DNA of 64,000 nt from an uncultured Actinomycetes bacterium (GCA_963742735.1 CAVUMN010000004.1:1088001-1152000); one strand, 5' to 3'; shown: positions 49,507 through 59,287, counted from the first letter of the stretch. Notes: a model not told the origin generated them from the letters alone. Made by a program: numbers and translations.

Positions 49507-52500
49507 GTGCCCGTGGAGTACTTGGTCTTCCTCGCGGCGGCGGCGTATGCGTTCGGCCTCTGGTGGATCGGGCGGCGCATCGGATGGGCTCGCCGGAAGG
49601 TCTGGATCGGCATCGCCGTCCTGCTCCTGGTTATGGGCCTCACCCTGCTCGGTCAGCTCAACGGCCTCCTGGCCGACATGCATCCCGAGACGAAGGCTGG
49701 GCAAAACCTCTCCGCGTTGACGGGCTTCAAGCCCGACGTGGCCCGGCGTGCCATCGCGGACTGGAACGAATGGCACACGCCGGTTGCGAACCTCTTCGCT
49801 TCGCCCGCGACCGTCGTCCGTTGGTACTCGGTCATCGACACCTTCCTGTTCGTGGTCGCGTACCTGCTTGGCGGAGCGGCCCTGCTCGCGCTGGGCCAGC
49901 GCGCGGTGGCCGCGCCGGGGGAGCGTCCTCCCTTCCGCCATAGCCCCGTGATGCTGAGCCGGTGGGGCGTCTGGGCACTCCGGGCCCTCCTGGTCGCCGG
50001 CTTCGCCGACGTCTGCGAGAACATCATGCTCGTCCGGGTGGTCGCGACTCAGAACCCCGCCGGCTCGATGCTCACGCTGCTCTCGGTCTTCTGGGTGGTG
50101 AAGTGGGGATTCATCGTCGTCGCACTGTTTCTGGCCGAGCCGATGCTGATTGGAGGACTTCGGCTCGTCCTGGGCCGAAGCCAGCTGTTCCGCACGACCG
50201 TAAACCGGGTGCGGGCCCAGATCGTCGTGTTGATCGTGTACGCGCTGATCCTCAACGTATCGGACCAGGTTCCAGACCTGATCCGGCTCTGGAACACCTG
50301 GCGGGCGCTGTGGACCATCGCCGGCTGTCTCCTGTTGGCACTGGTGAGCTGGGACTGGACACGGAGGATCCTCTCGGCTCGCCAGGACCTCGACACGATC
50401 AAGGACCGGCGAAACGCGATGTGGATGATCGGCCTGGTCGTGACGGCTTTCGGTAGCGGCATGTGGAAGGTCGGCCCCCGTGGCTTGGTAATCCCGGGCG
50501 TCTTCATACTGTTCCTGGCGGCGTTCCACTCCGTAGGGAAGGGCATGCTCGATCCGGGTCCGCCACCCCCCGCCCGATACGGGACTTCGGCGCTGCCTCG
50601 CGTGCTCGCGGCCGCCTTTCCGATCGTGCTCTCGCTCGCCGCGGTCAAGGCCTACTTCGCGCACACGATCTACGACTTGAACGACGGCGGGTCGGGGTGG
50701 GCCATCGGGACCCTCGTCGGGTGGGGTCTAGGCGGCCCGCTCCTGGCAGCCGGGTTGTACCTGGGGCTGGGGCGACTCAACACGAACCCTTCGAACCCTC
50801 GCCGACTCGAAGGGCGGGCCCGGAGAGGCATCCCCAGCCTGATCGTGATCGGGGGCCTCCTCGGCGTCCTCGTCTGGGTGCGGGTGATCCAGAACCCTTG
50901 GGACGTCTCGCAGCAGCTGGGCGCGCTCACCGTGATCACGCTGTTCTTGATCCTGCTGGCGATCGCCCTGGGTCGGGTGGTCTACGTTTCCGAGCGCGTT
51001 CGCCCGCCGATGGCGTTTCGGCTGCTGAATCTCAAGAAGATCCCCGTTGTGACGATGCTTGCAGCCTGGTTCCTCATCGCCGGCAGCCTCTCGTGGGTGG
51101 ATCACGAAGAGTTCCACGACGCCCGGACCATCGACCTCAGTCTTGGCTCGCTGCCTCCGAAGCTCGGGGACGTGTGGGCGCGGTGGCGGTCCCAGAATCG
51201 GCTCGCGTTGGTGGCCCCGCCTGGCAACGACGGCACCAAGACCGCCATCCCGCTGGTGTTCGTGGCCTCCGGTGGCGGCGGCATCAAGGCTGCGGTGTGG
51301 ACGTCCTACACGCTCGACTGTTTGCTGTCCGAGCAGCCGATCAATCCCGAGCGATGCCCTCGTGACTCCGGCGAGGCGGGCCGAGGCCGCTCGATGATCG
51401 CGGGCAGCGCGATCTCCGGAGGCAGCCTCGGGCTCGTCGCGTACACCACCCAACGGTCGACCCGGACCTTCACGGGCGACTGGGTGCAGCGGGCGCTTGG
51501 ACACGACTTCGTATCCCCGTCTCTCGCCTGGCAGACGCTCGTGGAGTTCCCTCGCGCGTTCCTGGAGTTTCCGGGGCACATGGATCGTGCGGAGGTCATC
51601 GAGCGCGCGTGGGAGGCCCCCTGGTTCGGGTATGAGACCTCGGCGACCAAGGCCTGGTTCGGGAAGCATCCGGAGTCGCAGGGTCCGCTGGCTCGGGGCA
51701 TGCTCGATCGCTGGTACAAGGATCCGGCCATGCCACTACTCCTGCTCAACGGCGCCAGCGTGCAGAACGGATGCCGATTCCTGGTCTCGCCGCTCGACGG
51801 CAACGACCGCTTCAACGGAGGGAACTGCCTCGGGATTCGTCAGATCCCGGGGGTGGCCCCCGACGGCGAGACGCAGGGCCGCGACGGCGTCCAGCTCGAC
51901 AGCGTCTTTCCCGCCACCCGCAGCGTGATCGACTTCCTGTGCATGAACACGGGCTCCCCGGACGACCTGCGCCTGTCCACAGCGGCGGGCGTCTCGGCGC
52001 GGTTCCCGGCCGTGTCTCCGTCGGCGCGGTTTCGGTCGTGCCCCGGGTCGGTCGACCGCGCGGTCAATGTCGTGGATGGCGGGGTCCTGGAGGGCACCGG
52101 CGCGTCCACGGTCACCGAGCTATACCTCGCGCTCCGGTCCCGAATCGAGGCGTGGAACGCACAGCCCAACGGGAGCTGCATCGTCCCGTACTTGATCCAG
52201 ATCGAGAGCGGCTACGGCTCGCAGGTCGACGTGCCGACTCTCGACATCGCCGAGATCCCCGCGCCGCTGAAGGCGTCCCGCGGGGGCGCGGACGCGCGCG
52301 GTGCCAGCGCCCGCAACCTGGCGGCGACGTTGTTCAACGAGACCTTCCCGGGAACGACGGTCCAGGATCGGTACGCACTGCTTTACCCCCGAGCCCATCC
52401 GGACATCCAAGCGCCCCTGGGCTGGTCGCTCTCCCCGCAGTCCATCGTGGAGCTCCGGAGGCAACTGGTCGCGAATCAAAAGGAGATCAACGAGGTCGCC

Positions 52501-52569
52501 CGTTGGTTCGCGGGCGGAAGCGGCTGCGAAGAGTCCAAAACGTCGCCCGATCAGCCGGTTCTGGACTGA
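49507..52569 (+). CDS. Large multi-pass membrane protein with C-terminal patatin/cPLA2-like domain
   Basis: Many TM segments, then ASGGGGIKAA (oxyanion loop), AISGGSLG (nucleophile Ser), SARFP, VDGG. Confidence 0.85.
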   Translation: MPVEYLVFLAAAAYAFGLWWIGRRIGWARRKVWIGIAVLLLVMGLTLLGQLNGLLADMHPETKAGQNLSALTGFKPDVARRAIADWNEWHTPVANLFASPATVVRWYSVIDTFLFVVAYLLGGAALLALGQRAVAAPGERPPFRHSPVMLSRWGVWALRALLVAGFADVCENIMLVRVVATQNPAGSMLTLLSVFWVVKWGFIVVALFLAEPMLIGGLRLVLGRSQLFRTTVNRVRAQIVVLIVYALILNVSDQVPDLIRLWNTWRALWTIAGCLLLALVSWDWTRRILSARQDLDTIKDRRNAMWMIGLVVTAFGSGMWKVGPRGLVIPGVFILFLAAFHSVGKGMLDPGPPPPARYGTSALPRVLAAAFPIVLSLAAVKAYFAHTIYDLNDGGSGWAIGTLVGWGLGGPLLAAGLYLGLGRLNTNPSNPRRLEGRARRGIPSLIVIGGLLGVLVWVRVIQNPWDVSQQLGALTVITLFLILLAIALGRVVYVSERVRPPMAFRLLNLKKIPVVTMLAAWFLIAGSLSWVDHEEFHDARTIDLSLGSLPPKLGDVWARWRSQNRLALVAPPGNDGTKTAIPLVFVASGGGGIKAAVWTSYTLDCLLSEQPINPERCPRDSGEAGRGRSMIAGSAISGGSLGLVAYTTQRSTRTFTGDWVQRALGHDFVSPSLAWQTLVEFPRAFLEFPGHMDRAEVIERAWEAPWFGYETSATKAWFGKHPESQGPLARGMLDRWYKDPAMPLLLLNGASVQNGCRFLVSPLDGNDRFNGGNCLGIRQIPGVAPDGETQGRDGVQLDSVFPATRSVIDFLCMNTGSPDDLRLSTAAGVSARFPAVSPSARFRSCPGSVDRAVNVVDGGVLEGTGASTVTELYLALRSRIEAWNAQPNGSCIVPYLIQIESGYGSQVDVPTLDIAEIPAPLKASRGGADARGASARNLAATLFNETFPGTTVQDRYALLYPRAHPDIQAPLGWSLSPQSIVELRRQLVANQKEINEVARWFAGGSGCEESKTSPDQPVLD

Positions 52570-52930
52570 GCTCCCTGGAGGCTCAGGAGGTCCGCGACGC
52601 GAAGAGCCGTGACGGCATCGTCGCGCACGCAGTCGTCGCTTAGGCTCTTGGCGGATGTAACGGGGAGCAGGCCGTCTAGAACGTCAAGAGGCGCAGGCCC
52701 TCGGCGCGGTTCGCGACGACGCTCCGGCACTCCATCGATGCGATCCCCGCGGCCTCGTCGAATCGGGCCCGCGCGCCGGCCGGCGTTTCTGGGGAGGCCG
52801 GCCCAGCGGGAAGGACAGAGAGGCGCAGCGAAACGACGGGGGTGAGAAGAACGCGGGCGCGGCGGGCATTGGGGCGATCATCCTTCCTGCCGACGGCGTA
52901 GTACGAGGAACGTATTCGCGCCTGAGCGAG

Positions 52931-53284
52931 CTACTCCTGCTCGGCCTCTGAGGGCGGGCCGCCCTCGTCGTCCATGCGCTCGACCTGCTCCTCGTCGCTC
53001 TCGGGCTTCGCCTGCTCGGGGTCGGCGCCGGTCGAGGCGACACCCTCCTTCTCGAGCATCTCCTGGCGGCTTAGCCCGCCAGCCGCACCGCCGTCCCCGC
53101 CCCCCGCGCTCCGGCCGCTGGCGGGCTCCTCGCCCCCGCCCGGAGGGGTCGGGGTGTCCTCGGCCTCCGCCGCGTTCTCCTGTGCGTCCGGGTCGGCCTC
53201 GCCGGCGGACTGCTCGGTGAGCTCGCCCTCCGAGCCCGCGGGATCGCCGGATCCCTCGAACTCCTCGTCCTTGCGCTCTTCCAT
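52931..53284 (-). CDS. Acidic, disordered hypothetical protein
   Basis: AAGGGGG RBS; E/G/A/P-rich. Confidence 0.6.
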   Translation of the reverse strand: MEERKDEEFEGSGDPAGSEGELTEQSAGEADPDAQENAAEAEDTPTPPGGGEEPASGRSAGGGDGGAAGGLSRQEMLEKEGVASTGADPEQAKPESDEEQVERMDDEGGPPSEAEQE

Positions 53285-53344
53285 CGCCGGCCCCCTTCGC
53301 GTCGAGGTTGCGGGCGATGGATACCCCGCCGGCGATGCGCCTAG

Positions 53345-53821
53345 TCAGCGGCCGACGGCGCGTGCGCGCTGGTAGTGGCGGGCCACGCGGGCTCGGTTCC
53401 CGCACGTGGCCGAGCACCACACCCGGTCGGCCCGAGTCGCGACGTAGTAGTTGCCGCAGCCCGGGGCCCGGCACACGGCCAGCTTGTCGCGCGCCTCGGT
53501 CCCCAGGAGCTCAACGCCGGCGCGGGCGATCGCGCTCAGGGCGACGGTGAGGGGGGACAGGCGCCGCGTCTCCACGACGAGCGCGGGAGCATCGGGATCC
53601 CCCACATCGAGCTGGGGGAACTCCGGCACGGCCGCGGCCGCCGCGTTCAGGTCGTGCACGTCCTGGGAGCCGAACGGGGCGCCGGCGAGCGCATTCGCGA
53701 ACAGGCGCCTGAGCACGGCCCGCAGCTCGGCGAGCCCCTCCAGCGTGTCCCGATCGCGTGGAAGGCCGAAACCATCCGTGAGCGAGTCCTCGCCGTTCGC
53801 CAGATCGAGGGCCGGGTTCAT
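53345..53821 (-). CDS. ABATE/CGNR zinc-finger protein
   Basis: ALDLAN; CRAPGC...WCSATCGNRARVARH. Confidence 0.92.
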   Translation of the reverse strand: MNPALDLANGEDSLTDGFGLPRDRDTLEGLAELRAVLRRLFANALAGAPFGSQDVHDLNAAAAAVPEFPQLDVGDPDAPALVVETRRLSPLTVALSAIARAGVELLGTEARDKLAVCRAPGCGNYYVATRADRVWCSATCGNRARVARHYQRARAVGR

Positions 53822-53827
53822 CGTTGC

Positions 53828-53855
53828 TAACGCTAATCATCTACAGAAGCCGTTA
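53828..53855. promoter_or_regulatory. Candidate operator TAACG-N18-CGTTA in AT-rich divergent promoter
   Basis: Short inverted repeat immediately upstream of the CGNR gene. Confidence 0.4.
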
Positions 53856-53925
53856 CAAGGGCATGCTAATGAGAAATATGTTTGAGTTCCGTTACAACCG
53901 AGGGGCGTGGCACAATTTGCCTGCC

Positions 53926-54390
53926 ATGCTCGCCGATGGAACGCCCGCCCCCGACTTCCAGCTCCCCGACCAGGACGGCAACCCCGTCGCGCTCGAGGAC
54001 TTCCGCGGCAAGTGGCTCGTCTTCTGGTGGTTCCCCAAAGCCGCGACCGCCGGCTGAACGGTCGAGGGTACGGGGTTCCGTGATCGAGCCCCACAGTTCG
54101 CAGAGCTGGACGTCGCGATCGCCGGCGCCTCCTTCGACACGCCCGAGGAGAACAAGGCCTTCGCCACGAGCCACGGGTTCCCGTTCCAGCTGCTCTCCGA
54201 CGCCGACCGGGTCGCCGGCGGCGCGTACGAGACGCTCCGCGCGCCGGAGGAGACGATGCCCGAGTGGGCGAAGCGGCGGACCTACCTCATCGACCCCGAA
54301 GGCGTCATCCGCAAGTCCTACCGCGTGGCCGATACGACCACTCACGCCGACGACGTGCTCGAGGACCTGAAAGCGCTGATGGCTGGCTAG
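53926..54390 (+). CDS. bcp: Bcp/PrxQ peroxiredoxin, probable selenoprotein (TGA at 54055-54057 read as Sec44)
   Basis: MLADGTPAPDFQLPDQDG...WWFPKAATAG*TVEG...GASFD...FPFQLLSD...RRTYLIDPEG. The TGA replaces the peroxidatic Cys of PKAxTPGCT and the frame stays open after it. Confidence 0.88.
54059..54086 (+). promoter_or_regulatory. Bacterial SECIS-like hairpin
   Basis: Upper stem ACGG/CCGT with GGTT loop starting 16 nt after the UGA; lower stem CGGTC/GATCG. Confidence 0.65.
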
Positions 54391-54400
54391 CATTGAGGCC

Positions 54401-55276
54401 GTGAGCATCCTGGTGGCCACCGCCGACGGCCTGTTCCTGGTGAACGGCCACGTCGAGCGGGCCGGGCTCGAGGGCCGCGACGTGACCGCGCTGTCCGCGG
54501 ACGGCACGTGGGCCCTGGCAGAGGGCCGCTCGATCCTTCGCGCCAACGACGGCGAGTGGGCGATGGTCGCCTCCCTCCACGGCGACCGCGTGGGCCGATG
54601 CCTGCTCCCCGTCGGCGACCAGCCGCTCGTGGGGACCTCCGAGGCCGGCCTGTTCCGCGGCTCCGATCCGGTGACCTCGTTCGAGACCGTCGAGGGCCGC
54701 GATGCCTGGTACACGCCGTGGGGCGGCCCGCCCGACACCCGCTCGCTCTCCGCCGGGACCGACGGCGCCGTCTACGCGAACGTCCACGTGGGCGGGATCC
54801 CTCGCTCCGATGACGGCGGCGCTACCTGGATCCCGACCATCGACGTCGACGCCGACGTCCACCAGGTCCTGGCGCACCCGACCGAGGCCCGCCACGTCCT
54901 CGCCGCCACCGCGTACGGCCTGGCCGAGAGCCACGACGGGGGACGGACCTGGCTCACCCGCGCCGACGGCCTGCACGGCCGGTACCTGCGCGCGGTCGCG
55001 GTGGCGGGGGAGTGGGTCATGGTCACCGCGTCGGAGGGCCACCGCGGCCGCCACGCCGCCATCTACCGAACGCCGTACGCCGGCGGGGCGTTCGAGCGCG
55101 TTCCCCAGGTCCCCGACTTCACCGACAACGTCGACACCTTCTGGCTGGCCGCCGACGGCGACCGGGCCGCGTTCGCCGGTCCCGACGGATCCCTGTGGAG
55201 CTCCGAAGACGCCGGTGCTTCATGGCACCCCCTCGCCGGAGGCCTGGTCGCCGTCCGCGCGCTCGCCCTGGTCTGA
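54401..55276 (+). CDS. BNR/Asp-box beta-propeller protein
   Basis: RSDDGGATW, ESHDGGRTW, SSEDAGASW; WYTPWGGPP. Confidence 0.8.
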   Translation: MSILVATADGLFLVNGHVERAGLEGRDVTALSADGTWALAEGRSILRANDGEWAMVASLHGDRVGRCLLPVGDQPLVGTSEAGLFRGSDPVTSFETVEGRDAWYTPWGGPPDTRSLSAGTDGAVYANVHVGGIPRSDDGGATWIPTIDVDADVHQVLAHPTEARHVLAATAYGLAESHDGGRTWLTRADGLHGRYLRAVAVAGEWVMVTASEGHRGRHAAIYRTPYAGGAFERVPQVPDFTDNVDTFWLAADGDRAAFAGPDGSLWSSEDAGASWHPLAGGLVAVRALALV

Positions 55277-55280
55277 GGGT

Positions 55281-55844
55281 CTAGCCCGGCTCGCCTGCCC
55301 GTCGCTCCAGCATCCGCCGGAACAGCAGCCCCTGGTCGCGCGCGTCGTCCAGCGCGTTGTGGGTGAGCTCCTTGGTCGGGCGGATCCCCTCGACCATCCG
55401 GTCCTTGCGCGCCGCGAAGTAGTCGACGCCCATCATCCCCATGTAGTAGGTGCGGATGTCGACGCCGCCGACCCCGAACGGGTTCCGCCCCAGGAACGTG
55501 TGGAAGTACCAGGCCACGAACAGCCAGTCGAACGCGACCGGGTAGCCCACGAAGACCGGCTTCTCGCCCGCCTTCTCGGCGATCCACTCGGCGAAGGTCG
55601 CCATCGCCTCCTCGGGGGGCAGGCCCGTCTGCTTCAGCTGGCCGAGGTCCAGGTCGCACGTCGCCATCGCCTCGGGCACGAACGCGTCGTTCAGCGGCTG
55701 GAGCTCGACGTAGAACCCGACGGTCGGGTTCGACACCAGGCACGCCCCGATCGCCAGCATGCTGTACGCGCCGGGAGCAGGCCCCGACGCCTCGATGTCC
55801 ACGCTCACGTACGCCGGCTCTGCGCGCTCCACTCGATCGCTCAC
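55281..55844 (-). CDS. DEDDh 3'-5' exonuclease
   Basis: GTG 55844. VDIEASG, AFDW, THNALDDA. Confidence 0.88.
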   Translation of the reverse strand: MSDRVERAEPAYVSVDIEASGPAPGAYSMLAIGACLVSNPTVGFYVELQPLNDAFVPEAMATCDLDLGQLKQTGLPPEEAMATFAEWIAEKAGEKPVFVGYPVAFDWLFVAWYFHTFLGRNPFGVGGVDIRTYYMGMMGVDYFAARKDRMVEGIRPTKELTHNALDDARDQGLLFRRMLERRAGEPG

Positions 55845-56761
55845 GTCACGTCCCTCCGCCGGAAGTCGAACACGGCGGCCGTCACCAGAACCGTCGCGTA
55901 CACGAGGAGTACGACCGCGCCCTCCAAGGCGGTGATCTCGATGTGGTGGATACCGAAGCGCGCCGACGGGTCGGGTACGTCGATCTCGAGCTTGCCGGTG
56001 AACAGCGCCGCTCCGAGATTCCCCGGAAGCCACGGGCGCCACCGGGGGCGGACCGCTTCCAGGAACCGCTCCACGACCGCGAGGTAGGCCAGGAGGATTC
56101 CGAGGGACGCGGCGGTGTTCCGCGCGATCGAGGCGAGGCCCACGGCGAGCGACGCGAACAGGCCTGCGGTGGCGGCCACACGCGCCAGGTCGCCCACCGT
56201 GGTCCCGAAGAACCCGGACGGTGCTGCCGTCACCCCGCGCGTGGCGGCCACCACCCACAGCCCGCAGAGGAACAGCAGGAGGAGGGTGAACGTCGCCGCG
56301 GCGGTCGCGGTCAGCACGACCGTGGCCTTGGCGAGGAGGACCCGCGACCGCCTCGGCTCCCACGTGAGCAGGTGCCCCACCGTGTTGTGGTGCCACTCCG
56401 AGCCGATGTACGTCGTGGCCACCACCAGCGACAGCAGCACCAGCAGAACGCCGTACGCGAACAGCGGGACCTCCGCGTCCTGGCCGAGGACGAACCGGGG
56501 GTCGTCGTAGAAGTCCTCGACCTGCAGCGCCGCGAGGTACTCCGGAGAACAGCCCTCGCCTGCGTTCTCGCAGTACTGGATGAGCTCCCGGTACTCGGCC
56601 CTGGCTCTGGCCAGCTCCTCGGCCGTGGGTCCCGACCCGGAGGAGTCGACGGCGAGGCCGATCAGGATCAGCGCGCCGATCAGCCCGATGAGCACCATGA
56701 GGACCACGGCGGCCCGGCGGCTCCGCAGCCGAAGCCATTCAGCTCGGAGCAGCCGAATCAC
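55841..56761 (-). CDS. ABC transporter permease
   Basis: LRAEWLRL, GSEW, LLAK, FRRRDV. Confidence 0.88.
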   Translation of the reverse strand: MIRLLRAEWLRLRSRRAAVVLMVLIGLIGALILIGLAVDSSGSGPTAEELARARAEYRELIQYCENAGEGCSPEYLAALQVEDFYDDPRFVLGQDAEVPLFAYGVLLVLLSLVVATTYIGSEWHHNTVGHLLTWEPRRSRVLLAKATVVLTATAAATFTLLLLFLCGLWVVAATRGVTAAPSGFFGTTVGDLARVAATAGLFASLAVGLASIARNTAASLGILLAYLAVVERFLEAVRPRWRPWLPGNLGAALFTGKLEIDVPDPSARFGIHHIEITALEGAVVLLVYATVLVTAAVFDFRRRDVT

Positions 56762-57696
56762 GCCGGGGCCTCCTCCGTAGGGGCCTCGGTGAGCTCCAGG
56801 AACGCCGCCTCGAGCGAGGCCTCCTCCGTCTGGAGCCCGCTCAGGTACACCCCCGCGTCCGCGAGCGCCTTCGTGATGCGGGCCGCGTCCCTCGGCCCCG
56901 CCGCGGCGACGAGGAGGTCGTCGCCGTCGCGGCGGACCTCGAAGCCCGCGCCCCGCAACGCCTTGTCACCCACCGCCCGCTTCGCCGGGATCGACACGCG
57001 GTACTCGGCCGCGCGTCCTCGCGTCAGCACCTCGCGCACCGGCCCCGTCGCGATGAGCCGCCCCTTCGCCAGGATCGCCACCGCGTCGCAGACCTGCTGG
57101 ACCTCGTGCAGCTGATGGCTCGACAGGAAGACCGTCCGCCCCTCGTCGCCCAGCCGCCGGATCAGCTCGCGGACCTCGCGGATCCCCGCGGGGTCCAGCC
57201 CGTTCGCCGGCTCGTCCAGGATCAGCAAGGGCGGGTCCTTCAGCAGGGCCGCGGCGATGGCCACCCGCTGCTTCATCCCGAGTGAGTAGGTCTTCACGCG
57301 GTCGTCGGCCGGGCCGGTCATGTCGACGACCTCCAGGACCTCGTCGACGCGCGACGCCGGCAGCTCGCCCGCGATCGCCAGGATCTCCAGGTTCCGTCGT
57401 CCGCTCAGCCCGGGGTGTAACGCCGGGGCCTCGACGATGGCGCCGACCCGAGGAAGGGCGTCGGCGAGACCCTCGGGGACCGGCCGCCCGAACAGCCGGA
57501 CCTCGCCCTCGGTGACCCGGTGCAACCCGAGGACCATCCGGATCGTCGTCGTCTTGCCGGATCCGTTCGGGCCGAGGAACCCGAACACGCCCCCCTCAGG
57601 GACGTCCAGGTCCAACCCGTCAACGGCCGTGGTCGGCGGCTTGCGGAACCGCCGGTATCGCTTGCGCAGACCGCGCGCCTCGATGACCGAGGCCAC
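56758..57696 (-). CDS. ABC transporter ATP-binding protein
   Basis: GPNGSGKTT, YSLGMKQR, LDEP, SSH. Confidence 0.95.
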   Translation of the reverse strand: MASVIEARGLRKRYRRFRKPPTTAVDGLDLDVPEGGVFGFLGPNGSGKTTTIRMVLGLHRVTEGEVRLFGRPVPEGLADALPRVGAIVEAPALHPGLSGRRNLEILAIAGELPASRVDEVLEVVDMTGPADDRVKTYSLGMKQRVAIAAALLKDPPLLILDEPANGLDPAGIREVRELIRRLGDEGRTVFLSSHQLHEVQQVCDAVAILAKGRLIATGPVREVLTRGRAAEYRVSIPAKRAVGDKALRGAGFEVRRDGDDLLVAAAGPRDAARITKALADAGVYLSGLQTEEASLEAAFLELTEAPTEEAPA

Positions 57697-58503
57697 TCAG
57701 TCGCTCTCCGGAGCCCGGGTCGGCTTCATCGATCCGCCGGTGACGCGGCGCATGCCGAGCCGGTACAGCGGCGGGAACAGCACCCGGACGAACTGCAGCG
57801 CACCGAGCGAGCGCGGCACCGAGACCTCCGGCGCGATCCCACGCTCGACCACCCGCACGATGACCTCGCCGATCCGCTCCGGTCTCATCACCGCGCGCGC
57901 CCGCCACCCCCGCGCCGACCGATGGGGGAACAGCTCCGTCGCCACCAGCCCCGGGTTCACCGTCGTCACCAGCACCCCCCGCTGCACCGTCTCGTAGTGC
58001 AGCGACTCGCTGAAGGCGACGACCGCGTGCTTCGTCGCGCTGTACACGCTCGAGCCGGGGATCGCGTACCGCCCGGCGAGCGACGCGACGTTCACCACGT
58101 GCCCCGATCCCTGCGACAGCATCGACGGCAGGAACGCCTTCGTCCCGTACAGGACGCCCATGAAGTTCGTCCGCACGACTTTCTCCACGCGGTCGAGCGG
58201 CAGCTCCGCGAACGGCCCCCCGCCGGGGATGCCGGCGTTGTTCACCAGCACGTCGCATCGGCCGTAGCGGCCGATGACCACGTCCTTCAGCCGCGCCACC
58301 GACGCGGGCTCGGCCACGTCGCACTCCACCGGGAACGCCTCGCCGCCCCGCTCGCGGATGGCCGCGGCGAGCTTCTCCAGCCGCTCCATGCGCCGCGCCG
58401 TCGGGACGACGATCGCGCCCTTCCGGGCCAGGCCCCACGCCGTCGCCCACCCGATGCCGCTGGACGCGCCGGTGACGACCGCGACCGCGCCCCGGAGCTC
58501 CAG
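57697..58503 (-). CDS. Short-chain dehydrogenase/reductase (apparent CTG start)
   Basis: TGASSGIG lies upstream of the first ATG; NNAG; YSATK. Confidence 0.88.
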   Translation of the reverse strand: MELRGAVAVVTGASSGIGWATAWGLARKGAIVVPTARRMERLEKLAAAIRERGGEAFPVECDVAEPASVARLKDVVIGRYGRCDVLVNNAGIPGGGPFAELPLDRVEKVVRTNFMGVLYGTKAFLPSMLSQGSGHVVNVASLAGRYAIPGSSVYSATKHAVVAFSESLHYETVQRGVLVTTVNPGLVATELFPHRSARGWRARAVMRPERIGEVIVRVVERGIAPEVSVPRSLGALQFVRVLFPPLYRLGMRRVTGGSMKPTRAPESD

Positions 58504-58504
58504 C

Positions 58505-59287
58505 TCAGTGCCCTCCGTGCAGGGCCATCAGCGTCTGACCCCCGTCGGCCACGACCACCGAGCCGGTCATGAACGAGGCGGCGTCCGAGGCGAGGAACAG
58601 CGCGAGGTTCGCGATGTCCTCGACGGTGCCCCAACGGCCGAGGGGGATCATGTTCGTCACGTTCTTCGTCCACGCGGGGTCCTGGCGCGCCACCGCGTTC
58701 ATCTCCGACTCCACCCATCCCGGCGCGATCGCGTTCACCCGCACGCCGTGGGCCGCCCACTCCAGGGCGTTGGTACGCGTCAGGCTGACGAGCGCCGCCT
58801 TCGCCGCGCCGTAGTACGAGAGGCCAGGGTCCGCGATGAAGCCGGCGACGCTCGCGACGTTGATCACCGAGGCCTTGGATCCCTTCGCCTGCAGGTGGGG
58901 GGCCGCGGCCTGGGTCGCGTAGAACGCCGAGTGGAAGTTCGTTCGGAAGTACTTCTCGAACCCGGACGGCTTGAGGGTCTCGATCGTCGCGAAGAACGGC
59001 GCCGCGCCCGCGTTGTTGACCAGGATGTCGATCCCCCCGAGCTCGGCCACCGTGCGGTCGATCAGGGCCTGCACCTGTTCCTGGTCCTGGACGTCGGTGA
59101 CCACCGGCAGAGCGCGCCGGCCGAGCGCTTCGACCTCCTTGGCCACCAGGTTCAGGTCCTCCTCGCCGCGCGCCGCCAGGGCGAGGTCCGCGCCGTGCTC
59201 GGCGAAGCGCAGGGCGATGCCCTTGCCGATCCCCTTGCTGCCGCCGGTGATGATGGCGACCTTGCCTTCCAGCGACAGATCGAGCAT
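58505..59287 (-). CDS. Short-chain dehydrogenase/reductase
   Basis: TGGSKGIG, NNAG, YGAAK, NAIAPG, DGG. Confidence 0.93.
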   Translation of the reverse strand: MLDLSLEGKVAIITGGSKGIGKGIALRFAEHGADLALAARGEEDLNLVAKEVEALGRRALPVVTDVQDQEQVQALIDRTVAELGGIDILVNNAGAAPFFATIETLKPSGFEKYFRTNFHSAFYATQAAAPHLQAKGSKASVINVASVAGFIADPGLSYYGAAKAALVSLTRTNALEWAAHGVRVNAIAPGWVESEMNAVARQDPAWTKNVTNMIPLGRWGTVEDIANLALFLASDAASFMTGSVVVADGGQTLMALHGGH

